In this document: positions 19,298 through 29,957 of the stretch, piece by piece
Position numbering within the stretch: position 1 is the first letter of the stretch
Layout of the letters: every line of letters starts with the position of its first letter
Sequence record: DRR723986_9628
Direction: 5' to 3' (one strand)
Length of the DNA stretch: 64,000 nt
The notes under the pieces: model-generated
What the model saw: only the letters and a program-made list of their open reading frames with translations
What the model was told of the DNA's origin: nothing
Database searches by the model: none
Translations under genes and position numbers: made by a program

Positions 19298-20332
19298 TCA
19301 AAGCGATTTTCGAATGATCATTTTGAATGGACTTTTCAAAGGGATTCTGTCCTCTGCACCTAGGATTTGGTTTGCGATTGTATTCCCCATTTGCATAAAA
19401 TCAGTAGAAATGGTGGTGATTCCTTCTGCTAATATCTCTTTAAGGGGAGTCTCATTATAAGAAATAATCCCTATGTCGCTTCCCAGTTGTAACTGTTGTT
19501 CCCGCGATTTTTTTACAATGTTGGCAAGATCAGTTTCAGCTAAGACGATAAAAGAATCTCCTTCATATAGAGGTTCGTCATCGATTCCATCTAGGATGAG
19601 ATTGTTGAAATTGTGGAAATAGCAGAAACGTTTAAAACCATCTATTATCTCTACAGGATACATGTCTCCTTTAGGAAACACCAGAATTAATCTGGAATAT
19701 TTTCTTAAGTGAATAATACCGGATTCCAGAGCTTCAAATATGTCTCTGGCAAAATCCTGATAAACTCCCGGGAATTCATTTTCATGATTTTTTACATCAC
19801 GGTCCATTATCAAAAGCTTATCTTTTGGGATTTGCTGAATCAAGTCATAGCAGGTTTCCGGATGATTGTTGTCATCAAAGAAATGCGGCGCTAAAACATA
19901 GTAGTTGTAGTTTCCCAGGTTTCGTTCTAATAAGTTTTCGAAAATGGTGCGGTTATAATGATGGATTTGAAGATCCACTGTCGCTTGATTTCCCAAAGTC
20001 TCTATAATAGAATAATAGATGATTTTCTTATACGAACTCAGCTTATTGAATATCAACAACACCTTTAATTTATTAGCCATGTTAGTCGAATTAACATAGA
20101 AACCCTTGCCTCTCACAGAAGTTATAATTCCTCTATCCCGGAGTTCATTATAAGCTTTTTCTACGGTATCCCTTGAGAGCAAAAAGTCAAAACTGGTTTC
20201 ATTGATAGAAGGAATTCTATCTCCGATCTTCAGTTTACCACTATCGAGATCATCTAGAATTAGATTGACCACTTGCATGTACTTGGGGGTTCGAGAATCC
20301 GTGTGGATTTTCTCTGATTTATCGACTAACAT
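19298..20332 (-). CDS. GntR family regulator with periplasmic-binding-protein-like C-terminal domain
   Basis: PKYMQ...GDRIPSIN...SRDTVEKAY...GKGFYV winged HTH. Confidence 0.88.
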   Translation of the reverse strand: MLVDKSEKIHTDSRTPKYMQVVNLILDDLDSGKLKIGDRIPSINETSFDFLLSRDTVEKAYNELRDRGIITSVRGKGFYVNSTNMANKLKVLLIFNKLSSYKKIIYYSIIETLGNQATVDLQIHHYNRTIFENLLERNLGNYNYYVLAPHFFDDNNHPETCYDLIQQIPKDKLLIMDRDVKNHENEFPGVYQDFARDIFEALESGIIHLRKYSRLILVFPKGDMYPVEIIDGFKRFCYFHNFNNLILDGIDDEPLYEGDSFIVLAETDLANIVKKSREQQLQLGSDIGIISYNETPLKEILAEGITTISTDFMQMGNTIANQILGAEDRIPLKSPFKMIIRKSL

Positions 20333-20389
20333 GGCGTTTTAGGTTATTGTTGGGGTACTAGGGGAAATCGGGATTTACTAGTTCATAAA

Positions 20390-22510
20390 CTATCTTGGGA
20401 ATGCAGCGGCTAATCCGCCATCTACATTCAACATATTTCCAGTTGTCTTCCCAAGTTGACCGCTGACGAAGACGAATGCAGCATCGGCGATATCACTAGT
20501 TTTCACACTTTCTTTCAATAAGGTACGATTTGCATAGAACTGTGGCAAGTCTTTCACTTCTATTCCATAGGCCTTCGCGCGATTTTCACCCCATCCGCCT
20601 TCCCAGATGTTTGAGTTTTCTATCACTGCATCCGGATTTACTACATTGACCTTGATTTTGTCTTCCGCCAATTCTGCTGCCATCAATCTTGACATATGTA
20701 ATTGTGCTGCTTTGGCGGTGCCGTAAGCCACATTTTTTGCACCGGCCACCAAGCCATTTTTACTTGCAATGTTTACTATGTCTCCACCATGACCCTGAAG
20801 CTTCATGATTTTTACTCCAGCTTTGGAAATGTGATATTGACCCATCACCAAGATGTCATTCAGTCTGTCCCAGTCTTGATCCGTGTGATCTTCAAAAGAC
20901 TTGCTAATAGAAATCCCGGCATTATTCACCATGATATCCACTCCTCCAAACTGAAGACAAGTAGCTTCAATCGCAGCTTCTAAGCTTTCGCTATTAGTCA
21001 CATCTAGCTTCACAGTTAGAAATGCATCTTTTCCGTATTTTTTCAAAAGTGCCTCTCCCGTCGTTTGAAGTCTGGTTTCGTCAATGTCAGTAACGACCAC
21101 GCAGGCACCTTCCTGGATATATTTTTCTACGATAGCCAAACCAATTCCTCCTGCACTTCCTGTGACTAAGGCAACTTTTCTCGAAAGAGGCTGCTCTTTT
21201 GGCATTCTCTGGAGTTTTGCTTCTTCGAGTAACCAATATTCAATATTGAAGGCTTCTTGTAGGGGCAAAGAAACGTATTGAGAAACTGCCTCTGCACCAC
21301 GCATTACATTTATTGCATTGATGTAGAATTCACTAGCGACACGACTTGTCTGCTTGTTTTTTGCGTAGCTAAACATGCCTACACCCGGCCAGATGATAAT
21401 TACCGGATTAGGGTCCCTCATCGCGGGGCTATTGGAATGCTTATGATTTTCGTAGTAGTCAGCATACATTTCTCTGTAAGACTGGAATGCCACACTGATT
21501 TGCTCTTTCAAAGCGGTAAGGTCAGAAAGGTCTTGATCTGCTGCAATATCCAGAACCAAAGGAGAAATTTTTGTTCTCAAAAAGTGATCCGGGCAACTTG
21601 TACCCATAGGAGCTAGTTTGCTAAGGTCGTTGCTGTTGATAAACTGAAGGACTTCCGGTGCATCAGTAAAGGTACCCACCATCAGATTTTCTGAAGAAGC
21701 TAGGCCTCTAAGCAATGGCGCAAGCTTAGCTGCTTGACTTTTTCGCTGTTCTGGAGCTAGGGATTTTACTTTTTCACCTCCAAATACCGGACGGGTTTTA
21801 CCGTAATTTTGAGCTAGGTATTCCGAAGCAGTTTCTATCACTTCCAAGCTGTTGATATAGCATTCGAAGGCAGTATCGCCCCATGTGAAAAGTCCATGGC
21901 CACCAAGCATAATTCCTCGGATCCCAGGGTTTTCGTCTAGGGCTTGTTTCAATTGTAAGCCCAAATCAAAGCCCGGTTTTTGCCAAGGCACCCAAGCGAT
22001 CTGCCCGTTCCAAAGGTCTTTCGTAATCTGCTCCCCATCTTTGGCAGCTGCAATTGCAATAGCTGCGTCCGGATGAAGGTGATCTATATGCTTGAATGGA
22101 AGAAATGCGTGAAGTGGTGTATCAATGGAAGGAGCCTTAGACTTAAGATCATAGATACAATGGTTGAAAAGTTCAACCATTTCATCTTCAAATTCCAGTC
22201 CTCTATAGATGCCTTTCAAAGCACGTAGTTTATCTACATAAAGTCCAGCTAAGCCAGCTTTAGTTAGAGTCCCAATATCTCCCCCGGAGCCTTTGACCCA
22301 CATTACCTCTACTTTTTCGTTAGTGAGCGGATCAGATTCATAGGTTTTGCAGCTGGTGTTGCCACCTCCGTAATTGGTGATTCTTAGATCAGCTCCAAGG
22401 ATATTTGAACGATAAATTAGAAGGTCAACTTCCTTTCCCTCAAGTTTAGATGCTACAGCATCATCCCAGAGGTAACTTACATGCTTAAAGTTTTTTGTTG
22501 TTATGCTCAT
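20390..22510 (-). CDS. Bifunctional rhamnulose-1-phosphate aldolase / short-chain (lactaldehyde) dehydrogenase, RhaEW-type
   Basis: GGGNTS, PSIDTPLH, HLHPD aldolase half; TGSAGGIG, NNAG, YGTAK SDR half. Confidence 0.92.
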   Translation of the reverse strand: MSITTKNFKHVSYLWDDAVASKLEGKEVDLLIYRSNILGADLRITNYGGGNTSCKTYESDPLTNEKVEVMWVKGSGGDIGTLTKAGLAGLYVDKLRALKGIYRGLEFEDEMVELFNHCIYDLKSKAPSIDTPLHAFLPFKHIDHLHPDAAIAIAAAKDGEQITKDLWNGQIAWVPWQKPGFDLGLQLKQALDENPGIRGIMLGGHGLFTWGDTAFECYINSLEVIETASEYLAQNYGKTRPVFGGEKVKSLAPEQRKSQAAKLAPLLRGLASSENLMVGTFTDAPEVLQFINSNDLSKLAPMGTSCPDHFLRTKISPLVLDIAADQDLSDLTALKEQISVAFQSYREMYADYYENHKHSNSPAMRDPNPVIIIWPGVGMFSYAKNKQTSRVASEFYINAINVMRGAEAVSQYVSLPLQEAFNIEYWLLEEAKLQRMPKEQPLSRKVALVTGSAGGIGLAIVEKYIQEGACVVVTDIDETRLQTTGEALLKKYGKDAFLTVKLDVTNSESLEAAIEATCLQFGGVDIMVNNAGISISKSFEDHTDQDWDRLNDILVMGQYHISKAGVKIMKLQGHGGDIVNIASKNGLVAGAKNVAYGTAKAAQLHMSRLMAAELAEDKIKVNVVNPDAVIENSNIWEGGWGENRAKAYGIEVKDLPQFYANRTLLKESVKTSDIADAAFVFVSGQLGKTTGNMLNVDGGLAAAFPR

Positions 22511-23273
22511 TGCGTTTAGCAGATTGTTCTGATAGTGAATATGGGCGAAAAGATTACTTCAGGTATCCTGTGCTGTCTTGAATACCTAAAGATTAACACT
22601 AATTATTTGGCCTGTGGTTGTTACAATATTTCGCTAAAGATCATGCGATGATATTATTGTTGTAAATATCCCAACTATTCGAAATTTAATTTTAATTAAA
22701 CGGATTTCAGGGTTGCCGTAGTATTTGGTGTTCTCGTCCTTCTGTTTGTTTCTAAAATTTTGGTTCTCTTTATGGATATTTTTTATACCTGAAATTTAAA
22801 AAGTATAATCCAAAATCTATAAAGATCATAGGGGAAGAGTGTACGCAGAATGCGAAATTCAATTTATTTCAGAGGGTAGACTTCTATTTTTATATGGAGT
22901 TAAATGATTTTGTGGACTTTTTTTTGGCGACCAATTTGATACTTCATCACTAGGACAAATTCCAACAGCTTACTGGGATAGGAATAGATATCAATGATTT
23001 TTTCCAAAAAAACCTGAGTTGGGAATACACTAATAGCAAGTTCTTAAATCTGTTATAACAACTGACTCGTGCTCGTTTTGGGTGTTTTACCTACCAAAGT
23101 AACAGTTGGGCCGGAAGGAGAAAACAGCTTTTCTCACACGTTAAAGCAAAAAATTGAATGTGAAATAACCTTATATCTTAATCTGATTGTACAAGTCGAA
23201 GAAAGGCCTCTCTTCTTGATTTTGGCCTTTTTATGAACAAAATGAGTAAAAAAGTTACACTGCCACCTATTTT

Positions 23274-24548
23274 ATGAAAATAACTGAAGACCAAATAGCA
23301 TCTTTTTCTACCACTAATTTTCATTACAGATCAGTAGATTTATTGAGAGATCGACTCTCAAATCAGCGCTTAGATTTTGACGATATTATCCTGAAGATTC
23401 AAAAGTTTCAAATAGCCATTCCAAGTGCAGCGTTGGGAAACGGTAGAGCAGGAGCAAAAATGCATAGAACAGGAGGGGAGCCTCGAAACTTAAATGAAAA
23501 GTTGGAGGATGTTGGCTTATTGCAGCAGTTGACTAGAAAAACGAATTCAATATCTGTTTATATACCATGGGATACGCCTGAGGATTACCAGGAGTCAAAA
23601 GAATTGGCAGTTGATCTGGATTTGGTATTTGATTCCATGAATAGTACAAGTTCTCAGGATGAAAACAAGCAGAAATATGCCGCTTTAGGTTCTTTAGGGA
23701 ATCCTGACAAAACAATCCGGCAAGAAGCTATTGCTCACAACGAAGAGGTAATTAGCATTGGCAAAAAGCTGGGAAGCAAAGGGTTGACCGTTTGGATGGC
23801 TGATGGAAGTAATTTTCCAGGTCAGTCGAATTTCAGAAATACTCTAGCTTGGACTGAAGAGTCTCTCCGTGAAATATACGAAATCATGCCTTCAGACTGG
23901 GATCTGATGCTAGAGTACAAGCCCTATGAGCCAAATTGCTACCATACCGTGGTCCCTGACTGGGGGACTTCCTGTATGCTGGCCAAACGATTAGGATCAA
24001 GGGCCAAAGCGCTGGTGGATCTAGGCTACCATCTTCCAAAAACTAATATTGAACAGATTGTAGCTACGCTAATGTATCAAAACCTCCTTGGAGGATTTCA
24101 TTTCAATGATAGTAAGTATGGAGAGGATGATATGAATCCTAGTAGTATCAAGCCGTATCAGCTTTTTTTGATTTTTATTGAACTAATAAGTGGAGACCTG
24201 GATGGAGCACAGGCTTGGGAAAGTATTTCCTGGATGATAGATGCCAGCTATAATACTCAAGATCCCTTGGTCGATTTGATTCAAGCGTTGGAAGCTATTA
24301 CAATTGCCTATGCAAAAGCGCTGCTGGTGGACCGGGAAAAGCTTAATGAGTTTCAGAAAAAGGGGCAGGGTTCAGAAGCTCAGGAGATTTTGCAAATGGC
24401 GTACTTGACTGATGTGAGGCCCTTGGTTTGCGAGGCGAGACTTCGGTCTGGGGGAGTTGCTGAGCCTTTAGAAGCGTATAGAATCCTGATGATTCGCAAT
24501 AAATTGGTGCAGGAACGCGGAGCAAAATCATACAGCTACTTATTTTAA
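23274..24548 (+). CDS. L-rhamnose isomerase (RhaI type), with degenerate active-site motifs
   Basis: IPWD, VWMADGSNFPGQ, EYKPYEP, VDLG, FHFNDSKYG motifs; several conserved residues substituted (see findings). Confidence 0.8.
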   Translation: MKITEDQIASFSTTNFHYRSVDLLRDRLSNQRLDFDDIILKIQKFQIAIPSAALGNGRAGAKMHRTGGEPRNLNEKLEDVGLLQQLTRKTNSISVYIPWDTPEDYQESKELAVDLDLVFDSMNSTSSQDENKQKYAALGSLGNPDKTIRQEAIAHNEEVISIGKKLGSKGLTVWMADGSNFPGQSNFRNTLAWTEESLREIYEIMPSDWDLMLEYKPYEPNCYHTVVPDWGTSCMLAKRLGSRAKALVDLGYHLPKTNIEQIVATLMYQNLLGGFHFNDSKYGEDDMNPSSIKPYQLFLIFIELISGDLDGAQAWESISWMIDASYNTQDPLVDLIQALEAITIAYAKALLVDREKLNEFQKKGQGSEAQEILQMAYLTDVRPLVCEARLRSGGVAEPLEAYRILMIRNKLVQERGAKSYSYLF

Positions 24549-24576
24549 GCCGCTACATTTCTTGTTATCTTGGGGC

Positions 24577-26061
24577 ATGTTAATACGAAAATATTTACCC
24601 CTATCCTTACTGGTTACTTTTGCATTTCTTGGCTTTACTAGTTGTGATTCTAAAAAGGAGAACGCAATAGCTGAAGTAGAAAAAAAGACTAATATAATTT
24701 TTATCCTCGCAGATGACTTAGGTTATGGAGATCTGGGTTTTCTTGGTCAAGAATACATAGAAACTCCAAATATTGATCGTCTGGCTAAGGAGGGCATGTT
24801 TTTTACTAATCATTATTCTGGAGCAACTGTTTGTGCTCCTTCCAGATCCTCTTTTTTGACAGGATTACATACGGGGCATACGCCTATTCGTGGCAATCGT
24901 GAAGTACAGCCGGAGGGGCAATATCCTATGCCTGATTCTATTCCAACCGTCGCTAAAGTGTTGGAAAATGCTGGTTACAAAACAGGAGCTTTTGGGAAAT
25001 GGGGGCTAGGCTTTGTAGGAACCACTGGGGATCCAAATCAGCAAGGTTTTGAGGAGTTTTACGGATATAATTGTCAGAGATATGCTCATAGATATTATCC
25101 TGCGCACTTATGGCATAATAGCGACAAAATTGTTTTGGAGGGAAATGGCTGGGTCGATAAGACGGTATATGCACCAGATGTGATTCAGAAAGAGACGATT
25201 ACATTTTTGGAAAACAACAAGGATAATCCTTTCTTCTTGTTTATGCCTATCGTTATGCCACATGCTGAATTAGCTGCTCCGGATGATGAAATCATCGAGA
25301 AATACAAAGCAAAATTTGGTGATGAAAAACCCCATCCAGCTGGAAAGGGTACAGAATATGGTCCTGACATCAACATCACTGCTTACCAATCCCATCCTAC
25401 GCCACATGCTGCATTTGCAGCTATGGTAGAACGAATGGATGTTTACGTTGGAGAGGTGCTGGCTAAGTTGGATGAACTAGGAATTGCCGAAAACACATTA
25501 ATTATCTTTGCTTCTGATAATGGTGCGCACCAAGAAGGAGGGGCTGATCCAGACTTTTTCGATAGCAACGGACCCTTCAGAGGACATAAGCGTGACTTAT
25601 ATGAAGGTGGAGTCCGTACGCCGATGATTGCCTGGTGGCCAGGTAAGATCAAAGCGGGTTCGAAAAGTGACCACATATCAGCATTTTGGGATTTGCTACC
25701 AACATTTGCTGATGTAGCTGGTGCTGAAATTCCAACTAACATAGACGGGATTTCTTTTTTACCTTCTATGTTGGAGCAAAAAGATCAGAAAGTACATGAG
25801 TATTTATATTGGGAATTTCATGAGCAAGGTGGTAAGCAGGCGGTAAGGCAGGGCAAGTGGAAGGCTGTGAAGCTTCAGGTTTTTGGTAGCGACATGCCAA
25901 AGATTGAATTATATGATTTAAGCGTAGACCTGGGAGAGAAAAATAATATTGCTGCAGAAAATCCCGAAAAAGTTAAGGAGATGGAAGCTTTGATGAATTC
26001 ATCACATACAGAAAATCCTATTTTCAGTTTACTTCCTTCCGAACGGCAGGCTGCAAAATAA
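24577..26061 (+). CDS. Arylsulfatase (S1), lipoprotein
   Basis: ILADDLGYGD, CAPSR, GKWG, SDNG, YEGGVR; lipobox FTSC. Confidence 0.92.
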   Translation: MLIRKYLPLSLLVTFAFLGFTSCDSKKENAIAEVEKKTNIIFILADDLGYGDLGFLGQEYIETPNIDRLAKEGMFFTNHYSGATVCAPSRSSFLTGLHTGHTPIRGNREVQPEGQYPMPDSIPTVAKVLENAGYKTGAFGKWGLGFVGTTGDPNQQGFEEFYGYNCQRYAHRYYPAHLWHNSDKIVLEGNGWVDKTVYAPDVIQKETITFLENNKDNPFFLFMPIVMPHAELAAPDDEIIEKYKAKFGDEKPHPAGKGTEYGPDINITAYQSHPTPHAAFAAMVERMDVYVGEVLAKLDELGIAENTLIIFASDNGAHQEGGADPDFFDSNGPFRGHKRDLYEGGVRTPMIAWWPGKIKAGSKSDHISAFWDLLPTFADVAGAEIPTNIDGISFLPSMLEQKDQKVHEYLYWEFHEQGGKQAVRQGKWKAVKLQVFGSDMPKIELYDLSVDLGEKNNIAAENPEKVKEMEALMNSSHTENPIFSLLPSERQAAK

Positions 26062-26233
26062 ATTGGTTTCATGAGGAAGAGGCTAAGATTTATCTTCACT
26101 TTTTTGCCTAGTCCTTAAAATCCTAAAGGATAGGTTATTTTAGGAAGAATCATTTTAATGATATTTAAATGTTTTGATACTTTTTTTCCAATTGATTAAC
26201 TCACTATTAGCAAGTAACCCTACCTAAAACCAA

Positions 26234-27253
26234 ATGAAAAACTCAAAACTCTTATTATTTCTAATTCTACTATCGGCATGTGCTAATCCAAATACATCAT
26301 CTAACATTGAAGATGAAGATTTCGAATTTCAATCTGTTGGTTCTATCGAACGATTGGACCCGGATTTGAATATTTTCTTGCCTGAGGATGCTAAGATAGA
26401 GCTGATAGCTTCTGGCTTTGAATGGTCAGAAGGACCACTATGGTTGGAAGATCAAAACGCATTAATCTTCTCAGATGTGCCAACCAATAAAATCTGGAAG
26501 TGGACTGAGAAGGATAGCTTAAGCTTATTTCTGGAGCCTTCTGGATATTTGGGAACAGAGACCAATAAGAAAGAACCAGGATCCAATGGTTTGGCATTGA
26601 ATGCATCCGGACAATTGATAATCTGCCAGCACGGAGAACGAAGAGTAGCAAGAATGAATGCTTCTCTTTCTGATCCAAAACCTGATTTTATAGCGCTTGC
26701 TTCTACTTATGAAGGAAAAAAGTTCAATAGTCCAAATGACTTAGTATTTAACAAATCTGGACAGCTGTTTTTTAATGATCCTCCTTATGGTTTGGACCCA
26801 TGGAATACTAAAGAATTGGATTTTCAAGGGGTGTATAGATTAGATCCTGATGGGAGTTTAAACCTGCTTTTGGATACGTTGAGTAGGCCAAATGGGATTG
26901 GGTTAAGTCCTGACGAGAGCACCTTATACGTCGCGCAATCTGATCCCGAAAAAGCAAGGTATTATGCTTTTGATTTGGGTGAAAATGGAGATATCCTAGG
27001 GGGAAATATATTGCTGGATGCTACAGTGCTTATTGGTAGTGAGAATCCGGGATTACCGGATGGTCTGGCCGTTCACAGTTCGGGGACCTTGTTTGCCTCA
27101 GGTCCAGGAGGTATTTTAGTAATCAGTCCTGAGGGGAAGCATTTAGGTACTATCAAGACAGGGCAAGGCACTGCAAATTGTGCTTTTGACAGTGATGAGA
27201 ATTATTTGTACATGACTGCCGATGCGTTTCTCATGAGAATCAAGATGAAATAA
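26234..27253 (+). CDS. SMP-30/gluconolactonase family lipoprotein
   Basis: WSEGPLW, GSNGL, FNSPND, PNGI, PDG motifs; lipobox LSAC. Confidence 0.9.
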   Translation: MKNSKLLLFLILLSACANPNTSSNIEDEDFEFQSVGSIERLDPDLNIFLPEDAKIELIASGFEWSEGPLWLEDQNALIFSDVPTNKIWKWTEKDSLSLFLEPSGYLGTETNKKEPGSNGLALNASGQLIICQHGERRVARMNASLSDPKPDFIALASTYEGKKFNSPNDLVFNKSGQLFFNDPPYGLDPWNTKELDFQGVYRLDPDGSLNLLLDTLSRPNGIGLSPDESTLYVAQSDPEKARYYAFDLGENGDILGGNILLDATVLIGSENPGLPDGLAVHSSGTLFASGPGGILVISPEGKHLGTIKTGQGTANCAFDSDENYLYMTADAFLMRIKMK

Positions 27254-27682
27254 GAACAAGTTATTGGCAGATATATGATATATCTCTAATTGATGTGATT
27301 AAAAAGTTGATAACCATCTAATTAAGGTTGATATGTGTGTTTGTTTAGAATATAATTTGGTGGAAAGATGGTGGGAAACTAACTAGCCTAAAAGTTGTCT
27401 TTGGGCGAATTTAAGGAGATATTTATTAAACCAAGTAAGAGATAAAAAGACCGGGAATACGATCTCGGATAAGGATTGAAAGCTCTCAAATTTGCATGAA
27501 AGGTCAATGTCCTCCGGGATTTTGTCTGAGATGGTTTACCACAAAAGTGTTTATTGAAATTTTCGAAACCGAAAGGTGTAGAAGACTGAGCATAGAAATC
27601 ATTATTATTAATCTGGGCAACTGGATGACAAGTCTTTTAACAGTAGCTTGGCTCTTAACGCTAACTATGGTTAGAGTAGGAG

Positions 27683-27720
27683 AAAGGGAAGCGTTCGCAA
27701 GAGGGTTTCCCTTTTTGTTT
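27683..27720 (+). terminator. Intrinsic terminator with GCAA tetraloop
   Basis: AAAGGGAAGCGTTC-GCAA-GAGGGTTTCCCTTT followed by TTGTTT. Confidence 0.7.
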
Positions 27721-27734
27721 TACATATGTATGTC

Positions 27735-29393
27735 CTAGTTAGAATTTTTTTCGTCAGGAATATAGATTGGAGGAATTGTGAGTTCGTTGCCTTCCCGTGA
27801 AGCACGATAATGGGGAGACATTATTTCTACACCCGCTTCACTAAACGCATCCTGAATAAATGAGTGCAGTTCAGAATAGATCACTGCCGCTTTTTGTGGA
27901 GTAGTGGTATAGGCATTGATTTGATAACTCACATAGAAATCGTCTAGGCTAGTTTGCAAAACGAAGGGAGATGGGGCCTTTAGGATCATGTCTGTTTTCA
28001 ATGCTGCTGAAATAAGTAATTCATGCACTTTGCGCCATGGAACATCATATCCAATAGTTACAGTAGAGTGCAGAATCAGACCTGGTCCATTAGACTCCAC
28101 AGAGTAGTTGATAGTTTTTCCTGCTAAAATCGAGGCATTTGGAATAGTGACCTCTTCATTTTTAATCGTACGTAGTCTGGTAACCAACATAGTTTTTTCA
28201 ATCACATCACCTGTAGTATCTCCGATTTTTACACGATCCCCAAGCTTAAAAGCCCTCATGTATATGATCACTAAGCCTGCTATGATATTGCTGATAGCTG
28301 ATGAAGATCCCAGAGAAATCAATAAACCCAGGAATACACTGACTCCTTGGAAAGCAGGAGAATCAGAAAAAGGTAAATAATTAAAGATGACGATGAAGGC
28401 AAAAGCCATGACAATAATCTTAAATAGATTAAATGTCGGCTTTGCCCACTCAGGGTAGAATCCAGGGATTGATAGCGTTTCTCTCTCAACTTCTAAGGAG
28501 ATAAAATTGATTCCTTTGGTGATGTAGTACGTGATAAAAATCACGACGAGAATCATGAATAATTCTGGAATGAAACCTATAAAACCTAGCAAAATTAATT
28601 TCACTGGTGAAGTGATATAATAAAGTAGGGTAGTAGCCAGCCCCTTTGTTGCAGGAAAAATGCTGAAAATGATAGGCAGGGAAAGGTATAATAGCAAGAT
28701 GATAAGGATTAGCTTCACCACTCGCATACCCAAGAAAAACAACTTCTCTTGCCTTTCTCCAGAAAGGATTTCTATGTCTTTGATTTTTATGCCTTTAAAA
28801 TATTTATGCCATTTGCGTAAGATGTAATCGATTAGCTTATTGAATCCCTTATTGATGAATTTGACAAGGATTATAAGAATTAAGAAAATCCCGATTAAAA
28901 GCCCTGTTCTCGTGAGATTTGTAATTAGACTTTGCTGGTCATTATGCGTTGCAAAACTGATTTTTATAGCTGCAATATAGTCTTCAGCTAGCTCAGACTT
29001 ACTTTTGTTGGACAGGTCCGCATCTGCTTGGGTAATACTTCCAATGACTTGTTCACCATGCAGTATTTCGACCGCTACCACGTCTTCAGAAGTGGAGAGT
29101 AATAAGGTATCAAATTCATCATTTTCAATAAGTGCTTCCAGCCTTTTACTTTGGTTGAGCGCTCGCTCAGCAGCAGAGTAGGGACCTAGCTTGGCAGAAA
29201 TGAAATAGAGGGTGTCACTAAAAAAGACAACCGGGCTTTTTTCCACTTTTACAGTAGTATCTGCACTTATTTCGGGAGCAGTAGTCGGACTAGTTTCTTG
29301 AGCTGCATTGACAGCAAAACAAAAACTAAAATACATGAGGTAGAAAAATAGTATTAATTTAATTCCTCTAGTTAAAATGAAATTGAACGTCAT
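27735..29393 (-). CDS. mscS: Small-conductance mechanosensitive channel family protein
   Basis: SNIIAG...FKLGDRVKIG...GDV...TRLRT...VTIPN...NYS. Confidence 0.88.
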   Translation of the reverse strand: MTFNFILTRGIKLILFFYLMYFSFCFAVNAAQETSPTTAPEISADTTVKVEKSPVVFFSDTLYFISAKLGPYSAAERALNQSKRLEALIENDEFDTLLLSTSEDVVAVEILHGEQVIGSITQADADLSNKSKSELAEDYIAAIKISFATHNDQQSLITNLTRTGLLIGIFLILIILVKFINKGFNKLIDYILRKWHKYFKGIKIKDIEILSGERQEKLFFLGMRVVKLILIILLLYLSLPIIFSIFPATKGLATTLLYYITSPVKLILLGFIGFIPELFMILVVIFITYYITKGINFISLEVERETLSIPGFYPEWAKPTFNLFKIIVMAFAFIVIFNYLPFSDSPAFQGVSVFLGLLISLGSSSAISNIIAGLVIIYMRAFKLGDRVKIGDTTGDVIEKTMLVTRLRTIKNEEVTIPNASILAGKTINYSVESNGPGLILHSTVTIGYDVPWRKVHELLISAALKTDMILKAPSPFVLQTSLDDFYVSYQINAYTTTPQKAAVIYSELHSFIQDAFSEAGVEIMSPHYRASREGNELTIPPIYIPDEKNSN

Positions 29394-29515
29394 AAATAGC
29401 TTTAAATAATGCCTTGTTTGCCAAAATTAAGAGCGGTAATTTGGGCAATTGTTAGCATTTCAATTTAAATAAAATTCTTTGCTTTCTGTAGTTATGAACC
29501 AACCCTTGAAATATT

Positions 29516-29878
29516 ATGAAGTTTAACAAAATCTATTTTGCTATCTGGATTGTTATTTTCTCACTCTTTGCTTATTGGCAGTTCAACGACCCTGACCCGG
29601 AGATTTGGGTGAGTATTTATGGAGTAGCGATTATATTTTGTTTGTTGGGAGTGCGGGGAATTTTCCCTAAAATCCCGTTGACAATTCTTGCAATAGCGTG
29701 TGTTATTGGCGCTATTTATTATTGGCAAGGCGATGTGGGAGGTTGGATTTCCGAAGAAGTGGAGCAACATAACCTAAGTATGAAAACTCAGTCAATGGAA
29801 GAATCAAGAGAGACTTTTGGTTTATTAATTATTCTAGTTGCGTTGTTTCCAGCAATCTGGAAGTCTTGGAGGAAATAG
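29516..29878 (+). CDS. TMEM220-like membrane protein
   Basis: QFNDPDPEIWV.IY and EESRE.FGL motifs. Confidence 0.75.
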   Translation: MKFNKIYFAIWIVIFSLFAYWQFNDPDPEIWVSIYGVAIIFCLLGVRGIFPKIPLTILAIACVIGAIYYWQGDVGGWISEEVEQHNLSMKTQSMEESRETFGLLIILVALFPAIWKSWRK

Positions 29879-29957
29879 GCTTTATCTTCTTCAATAGCTT
29901 AATTTTCATTTGAATAAGTCAGCAAATCCGCCGTTTTTATTCTCAAAATCAAAACTC

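Noticed and set aside
27265-27280. TGGCAG-ATATA-TGAT as a sigma54 promoter for the candidate sRNA
   Set aside because: The -12 G is one base out of register and no enhancer boxes are visible
27496-27738. 80-aa ORF in the gluconolactonase-mscS spacer
   Set aside because: No recognisable motif and it runs through the terminator hairpin
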